Of a stretch of DNA of 64,000 nt, positions 47,177 to 55,887 are shown in pieces. How positions within the stretch are numbered: the stretch's first letter is position 1; each line of letters begins with the position of its first letter. The DNA is from Simkaniaceae bacterium (GTDB lineage: Bacteria; Chlamydiota; Chlamydiia; Chlamydiales; Simkaniaceae): contig JASJDV010000018.1 in assembly GCA_030064985.1 (NCBI GenBank), positions 6,056 through 70,055 on the forward strand, in the 5' to 3' direction. The notes under the pieces are model-generated. The model saw only the letters and a program-made list of their open reading frames with translations. It was not told the DNA's origin and did not search any database. The position numbers and the translations under genes are program-made.

Positions 47177-48484
47177 ATGAAAAGTTCAAAAAAAATCTTT
47201 TTATTTTTACTATTTTTTATCTCAAATTGCGCCATGACATTTACCTCGGAAACAGGCTTTGCCTACATCTCTAATAAAACCGAGAACACTGTTACTGTCA
47301 TCGATACGTCGACTCATGAAACTTTTACATCTATTACGGTAGGAAACAATCCTAACTGCGTAGCCATTTCTCCCGATGGATTTTTTGCTTACGTTGCAAA
47401 TAAGGACAGTAATACTGTGAGTGTCATAGATACGACGACTCATACAGTTAAAAAGACCATTGATTCTACTTCACTAGATAGTCCCGAGGGTTTAGCCATT
47501 TCCCCTGAGGGATCTTTTGCTTGTGTCACCAATGTGGGAGATGGCACCGTTAGTATCATAAATACGACGACTCATGAAATTGAAAACACCATTACAGTAG
47601 GAACCCAGCCTACAGAAGTAGCCATTGCTCCTGATGGATCTTTTGCTTACGTTACAACTAAAACCGCTGGGACTGTGAGCGTCATAAAGCGGGACAGCAG
47701 TGACAGTGATGTAACAGTCATCTCGCTAGATAATAGTAGTCCTGTTGGAGTGGCGATTGCCCCTGGCGGATCTTTTGCTTTGGTCACACGTGAGGGCGAC
47801 GATAAAGTTAGTGTCATCCAAACAAGTGATCACACTGTTTTAACGACCATTGATGTGGGAGACAATCCTTATGGAGTGGCGATTGCCGCTGACGAATCTT
47901 TTGCTTTGGTCACAACCAGAAACGATGATGCAGTTAGTATCATTGAGATCGATGCAACTGCAGAGACGTATACCGTTAGCGACACCATTAATGTGGGAGA
48001 CTATCCTTTTGAAGTTGATATTGCTCCGAGTGGATCTTTTGCTTACGTTACAAACAGAGATAATAATACAGTGAGTGTCATTGAGATCGATGCAACTGCA
48101 GGGACATATACCGTTAGCGACACTATTGCAGTGGGCACGCAGCCCAAAGGAGCCGCTATTTTACTTGACGCTTATGGAGCTATTGCTAGCCCTGTTGTTT
48201 CAGCTTCTTGTAAAAAGGACTGCTTCATCGCAGAAACCGAATTTTTCAATGTGATTGAATGGTCATCTTCTGCAAATAGATCTGTAAATGAAACGATTCC
48301 TACCACCTATAAGCTTTATCGCGATTCAGCGCTTATTTTATCAGGTAACCAGACAACGTTTACACACCATAACGTCAAAAAAAATCAACTTCATGTCTAT
48401 AAGATGGAAGAACTATATGAAGATACAACTAGAGCCATAACTAGAACCATTGCTACTGGGAGCGTGACTGTTATAAATAAGTAG
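47177..48484 (+). CDS. Secreted seven-bladed YVTN-family beta-propeller protein with C-terminal beta-rich domain (paralog 1)
   Basis: MKSSKKIFLFLLFFISNCAMTF signal peptide. Seven ~42-aa repeats of the form FAYVxNxxxNTVSVIDTxTHxVxxTIxVGxxPxGVAIxPDG, then a ~100-aa domain starting SASCKKDCF. The ATG at 47177 is preferred over 47150. Confidence 0.85.
   Translation: MKSSKKIFLFLLFFISNCAMTFTSETGFAYISNKTENTVTVIDTSTHETFTSITVGNNPNCVAISPDGFFAYVANKDSNTVSVIDTTTHTVKKTIDSTSLDSPEGLAISPEGSFACVTNVGDGTVSIINTTTHEIENTITVGTQPTEVAIAPDGSFAYVTTKTAGTVSVIKRDSSDSDVTVISLDNSSPVGVAIAPGGSFALVTREGDDKVSVIQTSDHTVLTTIDVGDNPYGVAIAADESFALVTTRNDDAVSIIEIDATAETYTVSDTINVGDYPFEVDIAPSGSFAYVTNRDNNTVSVIEIDATAGTYTVSDTIAVGTQPKGAAILLDAYGAIASPVVSASCKKDCFIAETEFFNVIEWSSSANRSVNETIPTTYKLYRDSALILSGNQTTFTHHNVKKNQLHVYKMEELYEDTTRAITRTIATGSVTVINK
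47933..48135 (+). repeat. Near-identical 65-nt segment shared by blades 6 and 7 of paralog 1
   Basis: 47933-47997 and 48071-48135 (period 138 nt, one blade) differ at about 9 of 65 positions. Both encode VS(I/V)IEIDATA(E/G)TYTVSDTI. Other blade pairs are much more diverged. Confidence 0.8.
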
Positions 48485-48781
48485 AGATGGTTGGTCGATG
48501 GTTGAAATGACACATCTCTATATTGCGAAAAAAGTGCCAGTAACCTCGAGAATAACAACCTGATTTATGGGGTAGGGTATAGCCATGTGAACCGTTGCTG
48601 CATTGATCTTGAGGCACGGTTGCTAGAAAAAACCTTAAAGAGTGGTTGTACGTCATTAGAAAAAACCACTCTCTCCAGCTGGATGTCCTGAGTCTTTTTA
48701 GTATAGGATCACTTGGCAGCAGATCTTTATTTGTTCTAATGCAGATGAAAATAGATACGTCACACTGTGTAATACATGCAT

Positions 48782-48931
48782 CTACGGCAAGCTGCGAAAG
48801 GTTGTCTCGATGCTTAAACGTCCCTCTTCCTTTAAGAAGGACAACAAAGATGTAAGCACAACTATGGTAAAAAGATGACGGACCTTCTCATCAGATGATT
48901 CGCATTTTTTGCATTTGAAAAAGAGCGTCAT
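48782..48931 (-). CDS. Candidate 49-aa small membrane protein, divergent from beta-propeller gene 2
   Basis: Encodes MTLFFKCKKCESSDEKVRHLFTIVVLTSLLSFLKEEGRLSIETTFRSLP. It is the positional and sequence counterpart of 46843-46959, but the C-terminus differs. Confidence 0.22.
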   Translation of the reverse strand: MTLFFKCKKCESSDEKVRHLFTIVVLTSLLSFLKEEGRLSIETTFRSLP

Positions 48932-49139
48932 TTATAGATGAGAATGTTTAGACCCACTTAGCACCACTTTTAAAATTATAGGGTCAGGATCACTAAAAAT
49001 GACAAAAGCAATCATCTTTTAATAGCAATAGCATTAGTGCTGCGACCCTCTGTTGATGCTGACACTAAGGTTTTTGAAAAGTAAAGCCTAGTAAAAAAAA
49101 CTAAACTATCAATGCATATACAAGCGAACATTGATATTT

Positions 49140-50570
49140 ATGAAAAGTTCAAAAAAAATCCTTTTATCTTTACTGCTTTTTATCTCAAATTGCGCTATGA
49201 CATTTACCTCAGAAAGTGGTTTTGCCTACATCGTGAATGAAAATGATGGTACTGTTACTGTCATAGATACCGCGACTCATACAGCTGCTACAACCATTAA
49301 AGTAGGAAACTCTCCTGCAGGTGTAGCCATTGCGCCTGATGGATCTTATGCTTATGTCACTAATGAAGGCGATAACACCGTTAGTATCATTGATACGGCG
49401 ACTCATGAAGTTAAGGACGCCGACACCATTACAGTAGGAAATAGTCCTATAGGTGTAGCCATTGCGCCTGATGGATCTTATGCTTGTGTGGTCAATCAGG
49501 ACGATGACACCGTTAGTATCATAAATACGACGACTCATGAAGTTGACAAGATCATTACATTAGGAGACGTGCCTACAGAGGTAGCGATTGCGCCTGATGG
49601 ATCTTTTGCCTACGTTACAAATAAAAAAGATGGGACCGTGAGCGTCGTAGATAAAAATAGTGCCGCTGCATCATCAATTTCAGTTACCAAGAATCCCGTT
49701 GGAGTGGCGATTGCGCCTGATGGATCTTTTGCTTTGGTCGTACATGAGAACGACGATAAAGTTAGTGTCATCGACATAAATGATCACACCGTTTTAACGA
49801 CCACTAAAGTGGGAGACTATCCTTATGGAGTGGCGATTGCGCCTGATGGATCCTTTGCTTTGGTCACAGAAAGAAACGAAGTTTCCAATTTTTTTACTCA
49901 AGACAAAAAAGTTGCCGTCATCGAGATCGATAAAAATGCAAATAGTTACAAAGCTTCAAAAACCATTAACGTGAAAAACTATCCTTTTTACACTGCCATT
50001 GCTCCGAGTGGATCTTTTGCTTATGTTACAAACTATAATAGCGACAATGTGAGCGTTATCGATACAAATGGTTATACCGTTTTAAAGACTATTACAGTGG
50101 GAAAAAACCCCAAAGGGGTTGCTATCTTCCTTGACGATTACGCATTTGTAGAAGCTAACGCAGATGATGCAGGCGATAATGTAGTTGCAGATGACAATGC
50201 AGTTGCAGATGATAATGCAGATGATGCAGGCGATAATGTAGTTGCAGATGACAATGCAGTTGCAGATGATAATGCAGATGGAGACAATACCAATACCATG
50301 ACTAGCCTTAGTGTTTCAGCTTCTTGTAAAAAGGACTGCTTCATCGCAGAAACCGAATTTTTCAATGTGATTGAATGGTCATCCTCTGTAAATGGCACCG
50401 TTTCTACCAACTACAAGCTCTATCGCGATTCAGTGCTCATTTTCTCAGGTGAACAGACAACGTTTACAGACCATAACGTCAGAAAAAATCGACGTCATGT
50501 CTACAATGTGGAAGAAATATATGAAGATAAAATGATTGCCACTGGGAGCTTGGCTGTCATAAATAAGTAG
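49140..50570 (+). CDS. Secreted seven-bladed YVTN-family beta-propeller protein with acidic linker repeat (paralog 2)
   Basis: MKSSKKILLSLLLFISNCAMTF signal peptide and the same blade and C-terminal domain architecture as paralog 1. A D/N/A-rich insert lies between the propeller and the C-terminal domain. The ATG at 49140 is preferred over 49131. Confidence 0.85.
   Translation: MKSSKKILLSLLLFISNCAMTFTSESGFAYIVNENDGTVTVIDTATHTAATTIKVGNSPAGVAIAPDGSYAYVTNEGDNTVSIIDTATHEVKDADTITVGNSPIGVAIAPDGSYACVVNQDDDTVSIINTTTHEVDKIITLGDVPTEVAIAPDGSFAYVTNKKDGTVSVVDKNSAAASSISVTKNPVGVAIAPDGSFALVVHENDDKVSVIDINDHTVLTTTKVGDYPYGVAIAPDGSFALVTERNEVSNFFTQDKKVAVIEIDKNANSYKASKTINVKNYPFYTAIAPSGSFAYVTNYNSDNVSVIDTNGYTVLKTITVGKNPKGVAIFLDDYAFVEANADDAGDNVVADDNAVADDNADDAGDNVVADDNAVADDNADGDNTNTMTSLSVSASCKKDCFIAETEFFNVIEWSSSVNGTVSTNYKLYRDSVLIFSGEQTTFTDHNVRKNRRHVYNVEEIYEDKMIATGSLAVINK
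50160..50280 (+). repeat. In-frame 57-nt tandem repeat (2 full copies plus a 7-nt start of a third)
   Basis: GCAGATGATGCAGGCGATAATGTAGTTGCAGATGACAATGCAGTTGCAGATGATAAT occurs at 50160-50216 and identically at 50217-50273, followed by GCAGATG. It encodes ADDAGDNVVADDNAVADDN twice. Confidence 0.92.
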
Positions 50571-50790
50571 AGATAGTTGTTCGATGGTTGAAATAACACA
50601 GCTACTAGATGGCAAAAAAAGTGCCATTAACCTCGGGAAAAATAACCATGATTCATGGGGTAGAGTATGCGATGTGAACCGTTCTATTCACGAAATTTTA
50701 CAAAGAGCGGTTGCATTCTTCTTGTTGCTCTACATTTTAATCGATCAGCAAGTAGTCGCCCCCGCTCCACTGATTGGGAAATCTAAGAAC

Positions 50791-52905
50791 CTACTCTGAG
50801 GTTGCTTCTAAAAGAGCCTTTCGACTTAAGCGAATTTTTCCATTTTTATCGATGTTAAGGACTTTGACCTCAATGGAATCTCCTTCCTTATAATGGTCGT
50901 AGATGTTTTCGATCCGCTCGTGAGCGATCTCCGAGATGTGGCAGAGTCCTTGAACGTTTAGGAATGCAACGAAAAGACCAAAATCTTTAATCGTCACAAC
51001 TTTTCCGTTGTAGACTTTTCCAATCTCTGCTTCTGCCGTTAAATCGTAAATGATTTGGCGGGCTTGATCCATCCCCTTAGTAGAGGTCGAAGCGAGGCTG
51101 ACATAGCCGTCATCGTCGATGTTAATATCAACGCCTGTTTCCTCAATAATTGCACGGATCTGTTTGCCACCGGGGCCAATGATCGTTCCAATTTGGCTCG
51201 GTTTGATTTTGATTGTCTCTATGCGAGGGGCATACTGAGATAGCTTAGCGTTAGATTTTGGACAAGTTTCGAGCATCTTTTTCAAGATATGGATCCGTCC
51301 CTCTTTTGCTTGTACAAGGGCCACTTTCATGATTTGGGGATTAATTCCTTCCACTTTGATATCGAGTTGGAAAGCTGTGATCCCTTTGTCATCTCCAGCG
51401 ATTTTAAAGTCCATATCGCCCAGAGCATCTTCCATTCCAAGAATATCAGAAAGAATCGCGTACTTTTCTTTCTCAAGGATCAGTCCCATAGCAATTCCGG
51501 CAATAGGGCGTTTAATGGGAACACCAGCGCCCATCATCGCTAGGCAACCACCGCAAACCGATGCCATAGAGGAAGAGCCATTAGACTCCGTGATGTTAGA
51601 CTCAAGACGGATGGTATAAGGGAAGCTCTCTTTTGTTGGAATAGTTGCTCCTAAAGAGCGCTCAGCCAGTTTTCCATGGCCTACTTCTCGACGTCCTGGA
51701 GGCCCCATTCTTCCGACTTCACCCACTGAATAAGGGGGGAAGCTATACTGGAGGTAGAAGTTTCTTAAGCCATCTGCTTCATCGAGGGTCTCAAAACGTT
51801 GTCCCATTGATTCGCCACCAAGGGTACAAACAGCAAGCGCTTGTGTTTCTCCCCGCGTAAATAGAACACTTCCGTGGGTTCTTGGAAGGGGATCCATTTC
51901 CACCCAAATTTGACGGATATCCGCTGTTCTTCGTCCATCGCAGCGCTTTTTCTCTTTGAGAATCATTTGACGCATGTGGTGTGCCGTGACTTTTTTGATT
52001 GCCATAGCAACTTCGAATGCTTTGTACTTAGGATTTTCTTCTGGAAGAAGCGTTTCTTGCACTTTTTGTCGAATCGCAGCAAGGGCTTCTTCACGCACTG
52101 TTTTTTCGATCAGTCGAATCGCATCTTGAAGAGGGGTTTTCATCATGTTATCAACCTCTTCGATTAGCCCTTCTGGGAGAAAGCGGAGGTCTTGTCGATT
52201 CTTTTCTTTTCCGATACCTTTTTGGAGGTCTGCAAGGGTTTGGCAGAGCGCTTTAATAGCTTCGTGTCCAGTTGCAATCGCTTCCATGACTTGGTCTTCA
52301 GATAAAAAGTCGCAATACCCTTCAATCATCAAAATGGCATCTTCTGTTCCAGCTAGAACTAAGTCGAGAACAGAAGATTTCATTTCTTCAACTGTTGGGT
52401 TCACAACAAAAGTGCCTTCAATCATTCCCACGCGGACGGCACCGACAGGCTTAATAAAGGGAATTTCAGAGAGGACAAGTGCTGCGGAAGCGGCACAAAT
52501 TGCGAGTGGTTCTGTTTGGTGGATGCCGTCATAAGAAAGAACCGTTGTAATGACTTGTGTATCGTTATAATAGCCCTCTTCGAACATGGGGCGGATCGGG
52601 CGATCAATCAAGCGACAGGTAAGGATTTCTTTTTCTGTTGGTCGTCCTTCACGTTTAATGAACCCTCCTAGAGTTTTTCCCGCAGATGAAAATTTTTCTT
52701 GATAATCGACTCTTAAGGGTAAGAAATCAACCTCATCTAGAGCAGGGCCCATACATGCTGTTGCAAGAAGCATTGTATCTCCACTGCGGACCATGACAGA
52801 CCCACCTGCTTGACGGGCGATTTTCCCTGATTCAAAGGCGATTTCTCTTCCTCCTATGTATAGAGTTACAGATTTCGATTCAAGTGTGTTGTGTTTCGGT
52901 TCCAT
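50791..52905 (-). CDS. pnp: Polyribonucleotide nucleotidyltransferase (PNPase)
   Basis: 704 aa. Two RNase PH domains, a KH domain (IGTIIGPGGKQIRAI) and a C-terminal S1 domain (GKVYNGKVVTIKDFGLFV). Confidence 0.97.
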   Translation of the reverse strand: MEPKHNTLESKSVTLYIGGREIAFESGKIARQAGGSVMVRSGDTMLLATACMGPALDEVDFLPLRVDYQEKFSSAGKTLGGFIKREGRPTEKEILTCRLIDRPIRPMFEEGYYNDTQVITTVLSYDGIHQTEPLAICAASAALVLSEIPFIKPVGAVRVGMIEGTFVVNPTVEEMKSSVLDLVLAGTEDAILMIEGYCDFLSEDQVMEAIATGHEAIKALCQTLADLQKGIGKEKNRQDLRFLPEGLIEEVDNMMKTPLQDAIRLIEKTVREEALAAIRQKVQETLLPEENPKYKAFEVAMAIKKVTAHHMRQMILKEKKRCDGRRTADIRQIWVEMDPLPRTHGSVLFTRGETQALAVCTLGGESMGQRFETLDEADGLRNFYLQYSFPPYSVGEVGRMGPPGRREVGHGKLAERSLGATIPTKESFPYTIRLESNITESNGSSSMASVCGGCLAMMGAGVPIKRPIAGIAMGLILEKEKYAILSDILGMEDALGDMDFKIAGDDKGITAFQLDIKVEGINPQIMKVALVQAKEGRIHILKKMLETCPKSNAKLSQYAPRIETIKIKPSQIGTIIGPGGKQIRAIIEETGVDINIDDDGYVSLASTSTKGMDQARQIIYDLTAEAEIGKVYNGKVVTIKDFGLFVAFLNVQGLCHISEIAHERIENIYDHYKEGDSIEVKVLNIDKNGKIRLSRKALLEATSE

Positions 52906-53212
52906 GTCGCTCCCGTCGTCTTTAAGATTAACACCACTGCATGTGATTTACGAGCATTCATAAAAAATATCCGTAGATCAGATTCAGGGGCAAAGAATGA
53001 GAGTCTATCAGGACAAGAGAATAGATGCAAGAAGGGAAGTTTTGAACACTTAGTGCACGAATTTTTTTGTTTATATCGGCGGCTAGGGCTGCGAAAATTT
53101 TTGTTCTTTTTCATCTGTAGCGCCTTTGGTTATGGATTTTGCCACTCAAAGAAAGTTTACCTTTGCTTTGCTTGCCGTCTAAGTAAAAGGATGCGTGTGC
53201 TGAGTTTTGAAT

Positions 53213-53238
53213 AAAAAAAGTCAGGGGCGATTCCCCTG
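53213..53238 (-). terminator. Hairpin plus U-tract just after rpsO, ahead of the pnp leader
   Basis: On the minus strand, CAGGGG-AATCG-CCCCTG is followed by ACTTTTTTT. It starts ~19 nt after the rpsO stop. About 300 nt of leader follow before pnp. Confidence 0.6.
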
Positions 53239-53256
53239 GCTTTTAGAGAGACAATG

Positions 53257-53526
53257 TTACTTGCGTAGTTTCAGACGTGTAATCAATGTTTGATAACGCT
53301 TCGTATCCGTAGAATTTAAGTAATCGAGCAGTTTTCTTCGTTGACCAACCAGCTTTAAAAGAGCCAGTCTAGAGGCATGGTCTTTTGGTGCAAGCTTCAA
53401 GTGGTCGGTGAGCTCAGTGATCCTCTCAGTGAGAATTGCGATTTGGACATCAGCTGAGCCTGTATCTTTCTCGTGCAGCTGAAACTTCTTAGTAATTTCT
53501 TCTTTAGTTCCTTTATCTAAAGACAT
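53257..53526 (-). CDS. rpsO: 30S ribosomal protein S15
   Basis: 89 aa from the ATG at 53526 ([36 protein letters not shown]...). The track ORF extends further upstream, but that part looks non-native. Confidence 0.95.
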   Translation of the reverse strand: MSLDKGTKEEITKKFQLHEKDTGSADVQIAILTERITELTDHLKLAPKDHASRLALLKLVGQRRKLLDYLNSTDTKRYQTLITRLKLRK

Positions 53527-53692
53527 TTGTTTAGACTCCTTTAGACAGTATTGGTTAGACATTGATTTAGGACCATATTCTTTGTATGATAGCCTTGATT
53601 GTATCAAGCGCTGAGATATATTTCAAGGAGGAGAACAATCGAACACTCTTTTGTCTTCTTTAATAAATTCCATCCCACTATGATCATCTCAT

Positions 53693-54193
53693 ATGAGTAA
53701 AAAAATATTTTCAAAATTTGATCGTGAGATCATGAAGGAAGCCTTGCTCGAAGCAAAGAAATCTTTTTATAAAGATGAAGTGCCTGTTGGCGCTGTTTTG
53801 GTTCATAATCAAAAGATGATTGCTAGATCTCATAATCAAATGGAAGAACTGCAGGATCCCTCGGCTCATGCTGAAGTTTTAGCACTGCGCGCGGGGGCCG
53901 CCATCTTAGGTGATTGGCGTCTCCTTAAGACCACTCTTTATACAACCTTAGAGCCCTGTTTGATGTGCGCAGGCGCCCTTTTTCTAGCTAGAGTAGAGCG
54001 CGTTGTTTGGGGTGCTCCAGATCTTCGACATGGGGCACATGGAAGCTATATCAATGTCTTCAAATCTAAGCACCCGACCCATACCCTTCAAATTGAGGGA
54101 GGACTCCTAAAAGAAGCGTCAGCAACCTTGATGAGAGAATTTTTTAACATACAAAGGAAGAGAGATGAAACAGTCATTAGAAGACCTCTTTAA
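53693..54193 (+). CDS. tadA: tRNA-specific adenosine deaminase
   Basis: 166 aa. CMP/dCMP deaminase zinc motifs HAEVLAL and PCLMCAGAL. Confidence 0.9.
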   Translation: MSKKIFSKFDREIMKEALLEAKKSFYKDEVPVGAVLVHNQKMIARSHNQMEELQDPSAHAEVLALRAGAAILGDWRLLKTTLYTTLEPCLMCAGALFLARVERVVWGAPDLRHGAHGSYINVFKSKHPTHTLQIEGGLLKEASATLMREFFNIQRKRDETVIRRPL

Positions 54194-54389
54194 TGCATTG
54201 ATTCGTCAGCAAGAAGAAAAACTGCTGAAATATGCAAGTCATATTGTCCCAAATGTGACCTCAGATGATATTCTCCAACCCAATGATTATCCCGAGCTAG
54301 AGAATCATCCTTTTTTTAGATACGAAGAAGGATTTTTAAAAGGAATTCATGCAGCAAAAATGGCTGTGATGGCTTGGGAAAAAAAATAG
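54165..54389 (+). CDS. Small hypothetical protein
   Basis: 74-aa ORF overlapping the tadA end by 29 nt on the same strand. No motif recognised. Confidence 0.4.
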   Translation: MKQSLEDLFNALIRQQEEKLLKYASHIVPNVTSDDILQPNDYPELENHPFFRYEEGFLKGIHAAKMAVMAWEKK

Positions 54390-54491
54390 CATTTGCACGC
54401 AAGGAGCCATGTGACGCTTCGAGAAAAGTCGCTTGAAACTAAGATAGAGGCTTTTTATTGTTTACTTCCATCAAATATTCGATAAGCATCT

Positions 54492-55412
54492 TTAATGGGA
54501 GCCACGTTTTTTGCAAGAGATGCGCCGCATGCGGAATCGCTCACGAATTGTTAAAGACTGTTTTCCTTTTTTTGAGATTTTATCGAGACAAGCATCCGCA
54601 AAATCCTCATCTTGAATGGTTACCTTTCCCCTATTGAAGCCGTAGCTTTTTGAAGGCTGAGCGTTAAGATTGACAACCTTTTGGAACCGGTAGAACCACT
54701 TGCGCTTGCAATAAATCAATCGTTTCTCTAGCGCATGAAGGCGTCGAAAAGGACTTAAGCTATTCCAGACGATGACAGAGTAGAGGTAGCCATAAAGCAG
54801 CGCTCCTCCTACGACGGAAAAGGAAAAAAAGTTTCCATTGGAAAAATCGAGAAAAAGGTTACCTCCAATCAGTCCAAAAACAAGCCACCTAGCCTGCATT
54901 GGAACCAGGAGAAAAAGCATGATCCTTACTTCAGGAAAAAGAAAGGTCCAGCCAATCAGAAGAATGTAGATGGATGTTCTCGCGCCAGCAAAGGGAAGGG
55001 AAGAGCCAGCAAAAAAGAGGAAAAGGTAAGCAATGAGTCCGACAAACAAGGTACCTCCGAAATAAAGGCCTATAAAGTGTTTTTCACCGCGCGTTTGTAC
55101 GATGGCAGATCCAATTGTCCACAAAAGATAAAGATCAAAAAAGACTTGGAGAATCAGAGTCATCGAAATGCCACTTGATGCAACCGGTTGTAGGAAGGGA
55201 TAGGAAAGAAATTGCCAAATAAAAAATTTATGAATACCCCAAGTTGTTAAACTGAAAAGATACTGTGGGCCTGGTCTATGAAAGACTTGTGTAAAAAGAG
55301 CATTTGAAATGAGCGAAAAAAAACTCATGATCAGTGTTGCGAAGATCGTCCATTTAACAATCTTTGGTGCACGAGCAAAGTTGGGTCTAGAGGATTGGGA
55401 TCGATACATCAT
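54492..55412 (-). CDS. Rhomboid-like six-TM membrane protein, catalytic residues apparently absent
   Basis: 306 aa. The motif order resembles rhomboids (WQFLSYPFLQ, LYLLWTIGSAIVQTRGEKHFIGLYFGG). The positions of HxxxN, GxSG and the TM6 His read QVFFD, GART and SVVGG in my by-eye alignment. A basic ~85-aa C-terminal tail follows. Confidence 0.5.
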   Translation of the reverse strand: MMYRSQSSRPNFARAPKIVKWTIFATLIMSFFSLISNALFTQVFHRPGPQYLFSLTTWGIHKFFIWQFLSYPFLQPVASSGISMTLILQVFFDLYLLWTIGSAIVQTRGEKHFIGLYFGGTLFVGLIAYLFLFFAGSSLPFAGARTSIYILLIGWTFLFPEVRIMLFLLVPMQARWLVFGLIGGNLFLDFSNGNFFSFSVVGGALLYGYLYSVIVWNSLSPFRRLHALEKRLIYCKRKWFYRFQKVVNLNAQPSKSYGFNRGKVTIQDEDFADACLDKISKKGKQSLTIRERFRMRRISCKKRGSH

Positions 55413-55534
55413 CCTACTACCCTATCAGATTCCCGAATAAAATTTTTCTAAAAAATCCCTTAGTCGTTGTTTTTTATCCTCAAAAAGAGTTTAATCTTAC
55501 GATAAACCTACAGTGATTATCAAAGGATGATTCG

Positions 55535-55873
55535 ATGAAAAAAAAAGGACACCCTCCTTACCAAGATGTTTTATTTGTGGACACGGCAACTGGAACAAAA
55601 TTTGTTTGTGGAAGCACCTTGCAGCCAAAAGAAAGAGAAACGTTTAAAGGAACAGATTACCCTGTTTACAAAGTGCCGATCTCTTCAGCCTCACACCCAT
55701 TCTTTACTGGAAGTCAGCAATTTGTTGACTCTGAAGGGCGCGTCGATAAGTTCAAGAAGCGTTATGCGCAAAAAGCAGCTCAAGCAAAAGAGCATAAAGA
55801 AAAGCAGGTGCAAAAAAAGTCTGCGCCAAAAGCAGCTGTTAAAAAAGTAGCTAAGAAAAAGAGCGCTTCCTAG
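55535..55873 (+). CDS. rpmE: 50S ribosomal protein L31 (type B-like) with Lys/Ala-rich tail
   Basis: 112 aa. [28 protein letters not shown]...[11 protein letters not shown] core without a CxxC pair, then [33 protein letters not shown]. Confidence 0.9.
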   Translation: MKKKGHPPYQDVLFVDTATGTKFVCGSTLQPKERETFKGTDYPVYKVPISSASHPFFTGSQQFVDSEGRVDKFKKRYAQKAAQAKEHKEKQVQKKSAPKAAVKKVAKKKSAS

Positions 55874-55887
55874 GCAAAGGGGTCATC

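Larger units (their letters stand above)
46430..48625. repeat. Segmental duplication, unit 1 (leader plus beta-propeller gene plus 3' flank)
   Basis: Nucleotide-level colinearity with 48688-50715 seen by eye across the 5' leader, signal peptide, blades, C-terminal domain and ~140 nt of 3' flank. Boundaries are approximate. Confidence 0.85.
48688..50715. repeat. Segmental duplication, unit 2
   Basis: Counterpart of 46430-48625. It lacks ~270 nt present in the unit 1 leader and contains an extra acidic tandem repeat. Boundaries are approximate. Confidence 0.85.

Noticed and set aside
47065-47274. A plus-strand 69-aa ORF spanning the leader and the 5' end of propeller gene 1.
   Set aside because: The homologous position in unit 2 has a TAA where unit 1 has CAA, so the frame is not conserved. 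It also overlaps the real signal-peptide frame.
50160-50280. Regularly spaced identical repeats, considered as a CRISPR-like array.
   Set aside because: The repeats are directly abutting with no spacers, are in frame within a coding sequence, and encode an acidic peptide repeat. This is not a CRISPR.
46410-50790. Searched the flanks of the propeller cassette (and of the OppA array, 18.6-27.3 kb) for integrase or transposase genes, inverted terminal repeats or a tRNA attachment site.
   Set aside because: None was found by eye, so there is no basis for calling either region a mobile element or genomic island in the strict sense.
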